Shown here: one piece after another, positions 28,419 through 39,774 of the stretch | Position numbering within the stretch: the stretch's first letter is position 1 | Layout of the letters: the number at the start of each line of letters is the position of its first letter | Source: Bdellovibrionales bacterium | GTDB lineage: Bacteria > Bdellovibrionota > Bdellovibrionia > Bdellovibrionales > UBA1609 | Length of the DNA stretch: 64,000 nucleotides | Direction of reading: 5' to 3' | Assembly (NCBI GenBank): GCA_965219095.1 | Contig: CBDCMT010000001.1 | Span: 736,001-800,000 of the forward strand | Translations under genes and position numbers: made by a program | Notes under the pieces: model-generated | The model's input: only the letters and a program-made list of their open reading frames with translations | Database searches by the model: none | What the model was told of the DNA's origin: nothing

Positions 28419-30800
28419 TTATTGGCAGGCTTCACATGTTTGTGGTTTTTCTAAAGAACAAGCTACAGCATCTTGGTCTGTTGCAGCTTGAACAGTGATT
28501 TTCGATATCTTTGTTGCAGGCCTTGAACGCAAGTAATATGTTGTTTTCAGCCCCTTTTTCCAAACATACATATACATGCTGGAGAGTTTTCCTATATTAG
28601 GGCTTTCCATAAAAAGGTTAAGAGATTGGCTTTGATCAATATAAGGTGCTCTAGACCCTGCTAAATCAATAAGGCTTTTTTGAGATAATTCCCAAGTGGT
28701 GCGGAAAAGTTTTTTAAGATCGTCTGGAATCTCTTCAATATTTTGCAAAGAACCCTCATAGTTTTTAATTTTTTGACGAATTTGCTCATTCCAAATTCCC
28801 CTTTGCTTTAATTCTTTAATCAAGTAGTTGTTGATTTGGATGAATTCACCAGAAAGGGTTTCTCTTTTAAAATAATTAGAAATTTGAGGTTCTGTAGCTT
28901 CATAGACACCAGTGATAGAAGAGATAGTTGCTGTAGGAGCGATAGCAATGATCAAAGAGTTTCTCAAACCATATTTTTTAATATCTTTTTTCAGTTTCAT
29001 CCATTTTTTTTCATCAGTGGGTTTTACATTCCAAAGGTCAAACTGAAGCTTTCCTTGTGAAACTCGTGTTTTATCAAAATTTTTGTGGATTCCTAGTTTT
29101 TTTGCTAAATCACAGGAAGTTTTTATAGCTTCATAATAAATATGTTCTTGAATTTTTGTTGAAAGTTCTAAAGCTTGATGACTGTCAAAATTAAGCTTCA
29201 GCTTGAAGAAAACATCTTGCAAGCCCATAACACCTAAACCCACAGGTCTCCAAACTGTATTGGAAGCTTTTGCTGTTGTTATAGGATAGAAGTTAATATC
29301 AATCACACGGTCTAAAAATTTCACAGCCATCTGAACAGTTTCGGATAACTTTTTAAAATCGAAATTTCCTTTGTCGCTTACATGGCGACTTAAGTTCACT
29401 GAGCCTAAGTTGCAAACGGCCGTTTCGTTATGAGATGTGACTTCTAAAATCTCTGTGCAAAGGTTAGAGAGGTGAATAACATGCTCTGGTTTTAAGGTTT
29501 GGTTTGATTTTTTATTGGAAGAATCTTTAAAAGTGATCCAACCATTTCCTGTTTGAGCTAAAGTTTTCATCATACGAGCATAGAGTTTTTGGGCTGGAAT
29601 TTGCTTTGTATAAAGACCCTTGTTTTCAGCCTTTAAGTAAATGGTTTCAAAATCTTTTTCATAAGTATCAATCAGTTCAGGAACAGTTTTAGGATCAAAC
29701 AAAGACCAAAGCTCATTGGCTTCAACTCTCTTCATAAAAAGATCAGGAATCCAATTAGCTAAATTTAAATTATGAGTTCTTTGAGCTTCATCACCTGTGT
29801 TGTCTCTGAGTTGTAAAAACTCTTCAATATCAGAGTGCCATGTTTCTACATAAACACAGGCAGCTCCTTTTCTTCTACCTCCTTGGTTTACGGCTGCAAT
29901 GGAGGAGTCTAGGGTTTTCAGCCAAGGGACTAAACCATTAGAGTGACCATTTGTACCTTTAATAAGAGAGCCTCTGGAACGGACTCTTGAAAAGGAAACT
30001 CCAATTCCTCCTGCAAATTTAGAAAGCAAAGCTATATCTTTGTATTTATTGTAAATAGAGTCTAGGCTGTCTTGGGGAGAGTCTAAGAGGTAGCAAGATG
30101 ATAGCTGAGAGTGCGGGGTAGCGGAATTAAAAAGCGTAGGAGAGCTTGGCATATAGTCTAAGCGAGAAATGAGATCATAAAATTCTTTAGCTTCTTGAAA
30201 GGTATGACTTAAACCACAAGCTACCCGTAAGAAAAAGTACTGAGGTGTTTCAATTACATCTCTTGTTTGGGGGTGTTTTAACAAATAACGATCATAAATT
30301 GTTTTCAATCCAAAATAGTCAAGACGATCTGTTCGAGCTGGTTGAATGGCAATGCAAAAAGCTTCTTTATTTTCTTTGATAAAATGGTACTTTTCTTGTG
30401 ATAAAAGGCCTTGCTTATAAGCTACTGTAGCGTATTCAAAGAAGTTGTTGATTTTATTTTGTGTGATCTCTTCAGAAATAAAACGGTTAAGAAGACGACT
30501 TGCTAGTTTAGAATAAGATGGTTCTTCTGCGATCAATAAAGCGGCTGTGCGTATACAAAGCTGATCTAACTCTTTTGTAGTGGCTCTATCGTAGAGGCCG
30601 CTGATAGCTTTAGTGGCTACCCTCATAGGATCCACTTCATCTAAGCCTGTGGAGCAAGCAATGACTACGTTGATAATTTTGTTTACGTTGACAGGCTCTA
30701 AGGCTCCATCTCTCTTACAGACTCTCATAATTTTTGCACCTGATTTAGAAACAGGTTGCACATTTGTTGTATCGGTTTGGTAAATTGTCTCTTGATCCAC
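28419..30800 (-). CDS. nrdA: Ribonucleotide reductase class I, alpha subunit with ATP cone
   Basis: VCKRDG, SSPTLFN, QLSSCYL, SNLCTEI, APTATIS, KTTYYLR, C-terminal CxxC. Confidence 0.97.
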   Translation of the reverse strand: MDQETIYQTDTTNVQPVSKSGAKIMRVCKRDGALEPVNVNKIINVVIACSTGLDEVDPMRVATKAISGLYDRATTKELDQLCIRTAALLIAEEPSYSKLASRLLNRFISEEITQNKINNFFEYATVAYKQGLLSQEKYHFIKENKEAFCIAIQPARTDRLDYFGLKTIYDRYLLKHPQTRDVIETPQYFFLRVACGLSHTFQEAKEFYDLISRLDYMPSSPTLFNSATPHSQLSSCYLLDSPQDSLDSIYNKYKDIALLSKFAGGIGVSFSRVRSRGSLIKGTNGHSNGLVPWLKTLDSSIAAVNQGGRRKGAACVYVETWHSDIEEFLQLRDNTGDEAQRTHNLNLANWIPDLFMKRVEANELWSLFDPKTVPELIDTYEKDFETIYLKAENKGLYTKQIPAQKLYARMMKTLAQTGNGWITFKDSSNKKSNQTLKPEHVIHLSNLCTEILEVTSHNETAVCNLGSVNLSRHVSDKGNFDFKKLSETVQMAVKFLDRVIDINFYPITTAKASNTVWRPVGLGVMGLQDVFFKLKLNFDSHQALELSTKIQEHIYYEAIKTSCDLAKKLGIHKNFDKTRVSQGKLQFDLWNVKPTDEKKWMKLKKDIKKYGLRNSLIIAIAPTATISSITGVYEATEPQISNYFKRETLSGEFIQINNYLIKELKQRGIWNEQIRQKIKNYEGSLQNIEEIPDDLKKLFRTTWELSQKSLIDLAGSRAPYIDQSQSLNLFMESPNIGKLSSMYMYVWKKGLKTTYYLRSRPATKISKITVQAATDQDAVACSLEKPQTCEACQ

Positions 30801-31119
30801 GAAGCCCTCCTTGTCCTATCTTTTATTAAATAACTCTAACGATTGTGTGTTGTTTTTAGAAAGGATATCTCAAGCTATAAGATTTTCAAGGAAGTTTTTT
30901 TTATAGTTTTCATAACAAAAAAAATCAGGTCTTTAAAACTGTCACATTTCTAATCTGTTTTTTGACACCTGCCCAAATAACAAGACAAAAAAATGACACT
31001 AAGTCTCTATTCTAACAGTAAATAAGAAGTCAATGCATTGCAAAAAGAATGAATTAAGTTATCTTTTTTGTTTTGCGTTATTTTTTGGCCTTTGATCATT
31101 TGTCTTTTAAACTGTTTTT

Positions 31120-31362
31120 ATGGATTTAAAAAATATGCGTGATGGATTTATAGAAAAAATCACTGACATCAAAGAAAAAGATTATGGCGATTTTAAAAGA
31201 AAAGCTGGTCAGTACTTGAATAAACTTCAACAGCAACTTCAAAAAGATCATCTAGACACTTACTTTGATGAAATCCGATGTGAGGTTATTTTTACCCCCT
31301 CTGAAGATGTAGAGAGTGCTAGAGAAAAGATCATCAGTTGGGCGGAGAGTTTAAAAATTTAA
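31120..31362 (+). CDS. Hypothetical protein
   Basis: 80 aa ORF abutting the next gene. Confidence 0.55.
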   Translation: MDLKNMRDGFIEKITDIKEKDYGDFKRKAGQYLNKLQQQLQKDHLDTYFDEIRCEVIFTPSEDVESAREKIISWAESLKI

Positions 31363-32031
31363 GTGAAACTATGTCTTGTATCTTTTGTGAAGACTTTGGA
31401 TCTTTCTCCTGTAAAAACAAGGTTAAAAAAAGACTTAGGGGATAAAGCTACACGTACTTTTTATACCTTAGCTCTCCAAGCCACAGAAGATCTTATGAAA
31501 AAAGTATCGCAGGATTTTTCCTGTTTTTGGGCTGTTTGTGAAAAAAAAGCTGTAAATCATAGCCTTTGGGTTTCTTTTCCTACTTTGTTTCAAGGGGAGG
31601 GAGGTTTGGGGGAAAAGCTTTTTTCTATTTATTTTCAGCTTATGTCTAAAGGCAGTGTTGTTTTTATAGGTATGGATTCTCCTCATATTAGCTATAAAAC
31701 CTTTTACAAGATCAGGGATGCGTTTAAAAAACGAAATAGTGACTTTGTTTTAGGTTTAGCAGAGGATGGAGGTTTTTATGTTCTTGCTATTTCACAAAGG
31801 GTTGTTTTAAAAAGGAGTGATTTTATAAGCATTACCTACAGTTCATACCAAACAGGGGCTTTATTAGCTAAAACATTAGAGAAGAAAGGAAGGGTTGAAT
31901 TTTTAGATGTGCAAACAGATATTGATAAAAAGGAAGACTTTAAAAGGTTAAAATGGCCTTCTGAAAAAGATCTCTTACCTTCGCAAAAAAAATTAAAACA
32001 GTGGATAGAAAAAACACCTCCATTATTTTAG
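31363..32031 (+). CDS. DUF2064 (TIGR04282-like) glycosyltransferase-fold protein
   Basis: VKTRL, QGEGGLGEKL, IGMDSP, VLGLAEDGGFY, DID. Confidence 0.85.
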   Translation: MKLCLVSFVKTLDLSPVKTRLKKDLGDKATRTFYTLALQATEDLMKKVSQDFSCFWAVCEKKAVNHSLWVSFPTLFQGEGGLGEKLFSIYFQLMSKGSVVFIGMDSPHISYKTFYKIRDAFKKRNSDFVLGLAEDGGFYVLAISQRVVLKRSDFISITYSSYQTGALLAKTLEKKGRVEFLDVQTDIDKKEDFKRLKWPSEKDLLPSQKKLKQWIEKTPPLF

Positions 32032-32042
32032 GTATTTTCAAA

Positions 32043-32306
32043 TGTAATAGATGTTATATGATCTGACAGTTACCCTCCTTAGGTTAATAAAAAACTGTCT
32101 GTCAGTTTGCGTTCTGTTCAATCATCTTTTGCCTTACTTTTCCATAGATGTTTTGTAGAGCTTACAGAAAGTAATTTTTGAGTAAGTATCCACAAAGTTT
32201 GTTGATAAAGACGTCCGGTACCTTTCATAGTTTCCATATAAAAAGTGTCCTGTGAGCCTAAATAACCAGGATGAGTTGTCTCTACCTTTCTACATTCTAA
32301 ATTCTC
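32043..32306 (-). mobile_element. Degenerate, internally deleted IS481 remnant
   Basis: TGTAATAGATGTTATATGATCTG end followed by pieces matching 59665-59760, 60160-60245 and 61505-61570. Confidence 0.8.
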
Positions 32307-32556
32307 ATGTCAAAGAGATGAAAAGTCAAAATTAAACTGGTATGAGGTGATTCTAAAACACTCTGCAATCATAGATGTGCGAAAAGTTCTTTAGAAATAC
32401 AAATGGTTTTGAAAAAGGCAAAAATTACAAAAAACCTGATACACTTATAACACTCTAACCCATAAAAATCTGAAAATTGAAGTCAAAACAAGCCATCTAA
32501 ACTTGATGCTGTTTTTGTCTTGCTTTGAAATGTAGTCCAAAGAAGTTTTTTGAAAA

Positions 32557-35163
32557 TCACCAGCAGCTATGTAAAGGACTGAATTCTAACGACTTTCCAA
32601 GATCTATCTGCCTAGAGGTCCATTGATTTAAAACCCGCTCTTTATCATGCCTTTCAAAAAAATCATCTCCATAAGTTTTTTTCCAATGATTCTGATGTTC
32701 TTTAAATTGGGACACAAGATTGTGCTTTGTTTTTAAAAGCCAGTCATGACTCAAAGCTACCTCAACAAGATGAGGGGATGTTTTCGTTAGACTGAGCATA
32801 CGACAACGACGAGAAGGGGTAGAGTTTTCATCCTCATAAGTATAAATGGGGACTTTTACATCGATAACTCCTTCTCCTTCTCCTTCTCCTTCTCCTTCTC
32901 CCATAGATCCTGTCAAAAACTCCCCCGAAGCATGGAATGCGTGATTCATTAAGAGGTTTCTAAGGGATTCCTCTAAGGACATAATCCAAGGCCCTTTTTC
33001 CACACGGTTATTGTGTTTACCAATAGAACTTAATGAAGTTAAAAGCTTTGTTGTTACCTGGTATTCGTACTGCTTTAAAAAATCCTCATTTAAAATTTGC
33101 CGATCGAAAGTGTCATTTCCACTTAATGTTTGCGTTAAGAAATCATCAGCTAAGGGATTAAGACTTAAGAAATTTCCTCTTAAGTCATTAAAGTCGCCAG
33201 AAGAAAGATTCTGTGTATCTTCAAATTCACTTCCCTTCATCTCTTCAAGTACTTTTTCCTTAAGAACTGTCAAAAGAGGCCACCTTGATTCTCTTTTAGG
33301 AAAAGCAAGGGATAAAACATCATTAAAGGGATTTTCTCCAAGAGATTGAAACTCTTTTTCTAAAAATTTAAGTTTTTCTTCTCTCATTATACCTTCCCTT
33401 ATAACAGAGTTAACATGCGCAAATTTTCTTTCTATAGAGAGAAAATTTGTACCTTCTTGAAAGAAGGAGAGAAATTTTTTCATATAAAGTTCTACATGCT
33501 CTGCTAAATTTACAGGTAAAGAAGTTTTTCCTGTTTTCAAAATATTCAAAGATAAAACCACAGGTGTTGTGGATAAAAGAGCTTTGATCTTAAGGAGTGT
33601 TTCTTTTATGATAGGAAAACTATCATGTCGATTACAGTCTGCATATAAATGAATTTGACTGTCTGTGCAAAACAGAGGGGATGTATCATCATGGTTAATC
33701 TTTTTATTGTAATAAAGGACTTCTATAGCTAGCTTATCGTACTCTAAAATGAAGTCAGGTTTTTTCCGAATCGATGCTCCTATCAATAAATTTTCCTCCA
33801 TATTTAGGTAATCCATAACAGAGCTGGAGAGGACAAGATCTGCTAACTCATCTTTTTTAAAATAATGATTTATAGCCTGCTTTAAAATTTCAGGGGTGAC
33901 ATAGTCCTTTTTGTGTAAAGAACCTGCAAAATTATGTCTTAACCCTAAAACATGACCTATTTCATGGGCTACCATAGATGTTATAAAATCTCCCCCAATA
34001 CGTATTTGTTCAACTTCATCTAAAGCCATCAAATTTTCTCTAAGATCTAAGAAATAAGATTTAAACCGCTTAGAGTGATGAGTCTTTTCATGGCTATCAT
34101 GAACTTCAAAATTCTCGAAATCTCTGTGAGGCTGAGGCTGTGCAAACTCACCTTTTTGTAAAACTTCTATTAAAAAATGATCCCTTCTTCCATCTCCCAT
34201 TCCTAAATAACTTGCTCCTTGTATTATTTCACCAGTTAAAGGGTCCATAGTCATATCAGCATAAGCAAAATTAAAGTTGATATCCAGCCAATGGATAACA
34301 TTTTTAAATTTTGTATGAGCATGAGGTAAATGAACGACTTCATTTTCAGGGGCCATTTTTACACTTAGAATCTCCTTTTTAAAGGCACGGTTCCAATAAA
34401 GGACCCCATCCTTAACCGCTTGGATGTATTCCTTAGGTGTGTTAGAGCTCATGTAGAATACAATAGGCTTTCTTATATCCCATTTTCCTGTGTACATAAC
34501 ACTTTCTTTCTTATCATTGAGGACGGGGTGACTTTCAAAAAATCCGTAATGTAGGAACTTATCTTTTTTATCCTCTCTCGGCTCAAAACCTTCATTCACT
34601 TTGTAAGGACTTAGAATGTAAAAGGCTTGGTAGTGTGTCTCTTGATTGTTGTTTTGTACACCTAAAACTTGATGAATATGAATTTCTTTTGTATTTGAGT
34701 GAAAACGTATTTCTTTGATATAAGAAAGATGGGCTTGAAAAACAGGTTTTTTAAAAGGATGATCCAAGCCAAAGTCAGATGCCACAAAATCAGCAGTGCC
34801 ATAGACTTTACCCATGCCCTGACTCCAATCAATGACAACATAATCCCTCTTTTTCTTTAAAATTTTAAATTCAGCAAAAACTAAATCTGAAAGTTCAGGG
34901 TTTATAACTTGTCCTTCACTTGCATTGAACATATAAATTTTATCCCCCCGCCTTTTAAAAAACACAACACGGCTTTGAATGGATCTCCCTAGAAGAACAG
35001 ATCTTTGTGGAGAGATAAAACCTCTTAATAAATACTTCTCTTTTTTTTCTATAACATCTTTATTAATTTGGAGTTCTCCTTTGTAAGAGACTGTTTCTTC
35101 GGCATAGCTGAAAAAACTGAACACAAAAAGAAAAACTATGGAGGTTAAATACAGTACTTTCAT
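32557..35163 (-). CDS. Secreted zinc-dependent metalloprotease (EcxA/metzincin-like)
   Basis: Signal peptide; GVLYWNRAF, DPLTGEI, HEIGHVLGLRHNF, SSVMDY Met-turn. Confidence 0.9.
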   Translation of the reverse strand: MKVLYLTSIVFLFVFSFFSYAEETVSYKGELQINKDVIEKKEKYLLRGFISPQRSVLLGRSIQSRVVFFKRRGDKIYMFNASEGQVINPELSDLVFAEFKILKKKRDYVVIDWSQGMGKVYGTADFVASDFGLDHPFKKPVFQAHLSYIKEIRFHSNTKEIHIHQVLGVQNNNQETHYQAFYILSPYKVNEGFEPREDKKDKFLHYGFFESHPVLNDKKESVMYTGKWDIRKPIVFYMSSNTPKEYIQAVKDGVLYWNRAFKKEILSVKMAPENEVVHLPHAHTKFKNVIHWLDINFNFAYADMTMDPLTGEIIQGASYLGMGDGRRDHFLIEVLQKGEFAQPQPHRDFENFEVHDSHEKTHHSKRFKSYFLDLRENLMALDEVEQIRIGGDFITSMVAHEIGHVLGLRHNFAGSLHKKDYVTPEILKQAINHYFKKDELADLVLSSSVMDYLNMEENLLIGASIRKKPDFILEYDKLAIEVLYYNKKINHDDTSPLFCTDSQIHLYADCNRHDSFPIIKETLLKIKALLSTTPVVLSLNILKTGKTSLPVNLAEHVELYMKKFLSFFQEGTNFLSIERKFAHVNSVIREGIMREEKLKFLEKEFQSLGENPFNDVLSLAFPKRESRWPLLTVLKEKVLEEMKGSEFEDTQNLSSGDFNDLRGNFLSLNPLADDFLTQTLSGNDTFDRQILNEDFLKQYEYQVTTKLLTSLSSIGKHNNRVEKGPWIMSLEESLRNLLMNHAFHASGEFLTGSMGEGEGEGEGEGVIDVKVPIYTYEDENSTPSRRCRMLSLTKTSPHLVEVALSHDWLLKTKHNLVSQFKEHQNHWKKTYGDDFFERHDKERVLNQWTSRQIDLGKSLEFSPLHSCW

Positions 35164-35359
35164 TACATATCCTTTCTATTAGATTACTTTTAACACCTGT
35201 GTCCTTGTGCTATCGTTACTCCGACTCATCTTATAGAATAAGGGGAGTTTACTGTCAAACAAGAGCACGATAAGACCTTATCTTCTTTAAAGAATTGGCA
35301 AAGGCTTGTCAAAATAAAACATCCTTTCATCCTGAGTTCAGTGTTTCGGAGCGATGCAG

Positions 35360-36933
35360 TAATTAGTCGAACGTGAAAAATTGACAAAAGCCTAGGATTT
35401 TTATGCTGTATGATCTTTATTCCTGTTACTTTCTACTATAGAGGGTTAAATATTTTTTCATAACTTAAACAAAACAGTAGTTTTCAAGAAGGCGTACAGG
35501 CCTTTTAAGCCATTTCAGTGAAAAAAACGAAAAAAGACGCACCTCTAGCATTAACTTTCTAAAATTTTGAGAAACTCCTGATAAAAGACTATTAATAGCA
35601 TCCCCTTGTGATCCTAATAAAAAGTTCCTTCCCATACGAGAATCTATTTTCATATGACCAATGATTGCCTCAACTGAACTTCTTCTTCTGTGAAGTTTTC
35701 TTTTGTAGGGACTTAATGTTTTACTCATTCCCCCAATATGAACATTAACTCCCGAAGGATGATGCTCTTTGCCACGATAACCTTTATCTACATACAAATT
35801 TTTTGCCTTAACCTTTGTTAAGGATTCAACTTGAGATAAGGCTGGCTTTAAACTGTGAACATCTGATACATTTTTTTCAAATGACTTTACCCCTAAAACC
35901 CAGCATTTTTTTGATGAAGTTGCCACACTCACCTTATTGCCAAATTCATATTTTTTATGGGCTTTGCCCTTCCCTATGCAATAAACCTCAGGAGCATGAA
36001 CACTATACACCTTGTTCTTATCCCCTCTTTTTTGGTTATAAATTCTTACACATAAAGATAAACATCTTTTTAAAGATGTATTCTCTTCCAAGAACTTAGG
36101 ACCTCCTTTTCTTGTAACATCTCTTATCACACGACCTAGATAAGTATGAAGCTTTCTTTGCTGTTTTCTTGCTAAACGTATTTTTCTTGTATGAGCATAA
36201 CGAGCATTCTTAAACAAACACTCCTTGGCCTTTCTTTTATAGCTTTGACGTAAAACTAAACCCTCTTTTTTAGCCCTGTGAACTAAAGTCTTTAAAGCTT
36301 TGTAATAAAGACGGCTGTCTGTAGGAAAAGCTATTGCTTTCTCTTGAACAGTTGTATCAACAACTACATTCTCAAACTCTTTTTTTTTTACAAAACCCTC
36401 TCTCAAAGCTAAATCAATGGTTTCCTCTAAGAGAACTTCTATCTTCTCAGCCCCCATCCTCTTTCTCCAGTTAGTCAATGAACTTCTATCACAGGGATCT
36501 TCATAAGAATAAAAAGGCTGACCACAAAAATACTGCCATTGAGGACTCTCTTTGAACATTTCTATTGTCTTCTCGTCACTTAAATTATAAATGTATTTCA
36601 AGCACTGAAGTCCCACCATTAAACGAGTTGAAAGACCTGGACGACCTTTTTTTTCATCATACTTCGAACCAAAAACTTTATCAAAACGATCCCAGTCTAT
36701 TTTATTAGCTAAAATGACAAGCGGATGCTTCTTATGAACAATGTCGTTTACTCTAAAATTAAGAGGGCTTCTCTTTTGTGTGCTGAACATGTCTTTTGGC
36801 CTCATCTTTTTTCCTTTCTGTTTTGCAAGGTTTTTTATCTGTTTTTCCACTTCCTTGCAATTATTTTTATGCAAAAATTACAAAAAAACAAGTGTTTTTA
36901 GCTGTTTGTGCATTTTTCACGTTCGACTAATTA
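35360..36933 (-). mobile_element. IS5 family element (transposase 35465 to about 36805)
   Basis: 22-bp perfect IR TAATTAGTCGAACGTGAAAAAT; VDTTVQEK, KGKAHKKYEFG, VDKGY, RRSSVEAIIGH. Confidence 0.93.
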
Positions 36934-36942
36934 TAATTATTT

Positions 36943-36990
36943 GCCTCCTCAAAAGAATCTGTGGGTTCCCGGAGGTTCTTTTGAGGAGAC
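36943..36990. mobile_element. 48-bp fold-back remnant of an ISL3 right end
   Basis: First 36 nt equal 40519 onward, then TTTTGAGGAG closes a 13-bp perfect IR. Confidence 0.75.
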
Positions 36991-37119
36991 GGAAAAATAA
37001 TGCTTTGTGACAATTGTTTTGCCTAAAAGACTTCCCTTTAGTAAGAAAATAAAAAGTCCCTGTTTTTTCTTTCACTTGAAAAGAGATGTAGGGATGATCA
37101 AGCAAAAGGAGGCTTTCTT

Positions 37120-37884
37120 ATTTTAAAACTCTCCTACTTTTTTTTATTATTCTTACTTTTAACAATTAGCTTTCTTGTCTTTGATAAAAGAGCTTACTCT
37201 GTCATCTTTATCTTAACCACCCTTATCTTTCATATTCATTGTTTCTTAAGTGCAAAAAAAAAGTCTTATCATCCTGAAGCAAAAGAGTTAAGAGGACAAG
37301 ACCCCTACAAACTTAACCACCTTCAGAAAACACTTAAATTCAATTTTCGTCTTTTTATACACCCTTCTTCAAGCCTTCAGTCGTGGTCTTTTTCAAAAAA
37401 CAAAGTCTTTTTCACCCAAGGAGTTGTGAATCACCTCACTTTAGAAGAAAGGGAGAGTCTTTTATTTTACCACAGTTTAAGCTTTCAAAATAAAATTCCT
37501 CAAAACATAAGTTTTTTAGTTGCCTTGATTTCCCCTTTGTGGAGCTTTTCTTTATTTTTAGATAAGTTAGTGAGTTGGTTTTTTGCCTCTCAAAGATTAA
37601 AGCCCTTTAGTTTGTTATCAAGACCTCTGTTGAACTTCTTTGTAAGTCTAGGGGGTTCAAGGGCTACAATTTTTAAAATTGATAAGCTTGTGTTTTCTCA
37701 ATTCCAAAGCTGGCCTCGTACTTTGACAAACCTACAATCTTCTCAAAATAAAAACCCTCTCAAAAGTCCTCCCTTTTTAGACTTCCTCCTCCTTACCCCT
37801 TATGAATCTGAAAAGAGGCTGTTTTCAATGCCTCCTCCCACCTTTAAAAGAGTGAAACATCTTACAAATTTTCCTCTTGTATAG
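37120..37884 (+). CDS. Membrane protein resembling a degenerate HtpX/M48 peptidase (no HExxH); probable ATT start
   Basis: Frame of ORF 37426-37884 is open back to 37045; two TM segments; AGGAGG 7 nt before ATT; FTQGVVNHLTLEE and PPTFKRV motifs. Confidence 0.6.
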   Translation: MLKLSYFFLLFLLLTISFLVFDKRAYSVIFILTTLIFHIHCFLSAKKKSYHPEAKELRGQDPYKLNHLQKTLKFNFRLFIHPSSSLQSWSFSKNKVFFTQGVVNHLTLEERESLLFYHSLSFQNKIPQNISFLVALISPLWSFSLFLDKLVSWFFASQRLKPFSLLSRPLLNFFVSLGGSRATIFKIDKLVFSQFQSWPRTLTNLQSSQNKNPLKSPPFLDFLLLTPYESEKRLFSMPPPTFKRVKHLTNFPLV

Positions 37885-37933
37885 TGCAGAAGTTTAGGAC
37901 TTGACGAGTTGTTTTTTTATAATATGATGAGCT

Positions 37934-38197
37934 ATGTCTGAAAATAAAAAAAAACTAGAGGTTACGTTTTCTACGCTAGTCATCTCTATCGGCTCCTCAG
38001 CCCTTATCTCTTTGGGAGAAGCCCCTATAGATGATAGTGGAAAAAAGGAAGTCAACCTAGATATGGCTCAACTCAACATTGGTCTCTTAACTCTTTTAAG
38101 AGAGAAAACAAAAAACAACCTCGATGAGGAAGAAGAAAAGTTTCTTAACTCCATGATCAAGAGCCTTCAGGTAAAGTATCTGGAATTAAAAGCATGA
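37934..38197 (+). CDS. DUF1844 domain protein
   Basis: FSTLVISI..SALISLGE, LLREKTKNNL.EEEE. Confidence 0.85.
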   Translation: MSENKKKLEVTFSTLVISIGSSALISLGEAPIDDSGKKEVNLDMAQLNIGLLTLLREKTKNNLDEEEEKFLNSMIKSLQVKYLELKA

Positions 38198-39612
38198 GAA
38201 GAATATTCATCTTTATTTTTCTTTCACTTTACTTCACACAAATCGAAGGCAAGCTTCCTAAGGTTATTAAAGGTGCTCCCCTTCCTTCCAACATCTTTGT
38301 TGAGCTTTCAAAAATGATCAACCCCTTGGTTGTAAACATTTCTACAACAACTATTCTCAGACAAAACCCTCTTTCTAACTACTACGATGATCCCTTCTCT
38401 TTTTTCTTAAAAAGGTATTATGGAAGAGTTCCTATACAAAAAACCCAGTCCTTAGGAAGTGGTTTTATCATTCGTGAAGATGGTTTGATCATCACAAACT
38501 CTCATGTCATTGATAAAGCCTCAGAGATCACAGTCACTTTACACTCAGACCCCACTGTCTATAAAGCTGAAATCATAGGACAAGATCCAAGAACAGACAT
38601 TGCTCTCATTAAGATCAAACCTAATAAAAAACTTAAAACAGCCCAACTAGGTGACAGCTCTAAAGCTGAAGTAGGTGAAATGATTGCTGTCTTTGGAAAC
38701 CCCTACGGACATAACAATACTTTGACCATAGGTGTGATCTCAGCGATCAATCGCCATGTAAATAAACTTAGTCGCTTTAACTTCATCCAAACTGATGCCA
38801 GCATTAATCCTGGGAACTCAGGAGGACCTCTTGTCAATTTAAAAGGCGAGGTCATTGGTATGAGTTCTATGGTTCTTGTAGGTCAATCTAGAATTCGTGC
38901 AGCTCAAGGGATCGCATTCGCCATCCCCTCTAACCGCATCAAGCAAGTTATAAAACCCTTAGAAGAAAAAGGCTACATTGAAAGAGGTTTCATTGGTTTA
39001 GAGTTAACACCTTGGAGTGCCTACATTTCTCCTCAAAGCTTTGGCTTGAAAAAAACTAAAGGGGCTTTAGTAGGAGACGTGATGGTGAAAAGTCCTGCAA
39101 AAAAAGCAGGAATCAAACCCTATGATGTGATTATTGAATTTAACGGCAAAGAAATTTTGGGTCCCGATGAACTTGTCTTCTTAGCCTCTGAAACTTCGGT
39201 AGGGCAAAAAGTTAAAGTGAAAGTTCTACGCAATAAAGGAAGAACAGAAAAAACCTTAACCCTTACTGTGGGAAAACTCCCCTCTTCCTATGCAAAAAGC
39301 CCACAAAAAAGAAAAAGAAAATTTGACCTATCAAAAATAAAAAAATACGATACAGGTTTTGGATTTAAAGTTATAGCTTATAGTAATAAAATTGCTCAAT
39401 TTCTAGGGATAGGAGCTTTACCCCATCCTAGACCCATTATTATTGAAGTGTCCCCTAAATTACAGATGAAGCTCATAAAAGGAGATGTCATTTTAGATGT
39501 AAACCAAAAACCAACTCCTAGACCGCAAAATGTGAAACAATCTCTAGTGAAGGGAGAAGTTAACTTTATACGCATCTTGAGAAAGGGACGTGTCTTTATA
39601 GTCAACCTTTAA
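38194..39612 (+). CDS. degP: Do/DegP (HtrA) serine protease with two PDZ domains
   Basis: LGSGF, TNSHV, TDIAL, QTDASINPGNSGGPL. Confidence 0.93.
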   Translation: MRRIFIFIFLSLYFTQIEGKLPKVIKGAPLPSNIFVELSKMINPLVVNISTTTILRQNPLSNYYDDPFSFFLKRYYGRVPIQKTQSLGSGFIIREDGLIITNSHVIDKASEITVTLHSDPTVYKAEIIGQDPRTDIALIKIKPNKKLKTAQLGDSSKAEVGEMIAVFGNPYGHNNTLTIGVISAINRHVNKLSRFNFIQTDASINPGNSGGPLVNLKGEVIGMSSMVLVGQSRIRAAQGIAFAIPSNRIKQVIKPLEEKGYIERGFIGLELTPWSAYISPQSFGLKKTKGALVGDVMVKSPAKKAGIKPYDVIIEFNGKEILGPDELVFLASETSVGQKVKVKVLRNKGRTEKTLTLTVGKLPSSYAKSPQKRKRKFDLSKIKKYDTGFGFKVIAYSNKIAQFLGIGALPHPRPIIIEVSPKLQMKLIKGDVILDVNQKPTPRPQNVKQSLVKGEVNFIRILRKGRVFIVNL

Positions 39613-39774
39613 AAAACCCTGTTAAGCTAAATTGTATAACTCTCTCTATACTTAACTTACTACACTTCAAAAATCCCCTTTTTCTCCAGCCTGAATTGGT
39701 CTTCACTTCAAACTTCTTACCCTCTCTTATCCAACCATATGAAATCGTAGGGCCCCACTCAGGATGGGTGGAAT

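Noticed and set aside
30801..31119. NrdR boxes upstream of nrdA
   Set aside because: No convincing match to the palindromic consensus by eye
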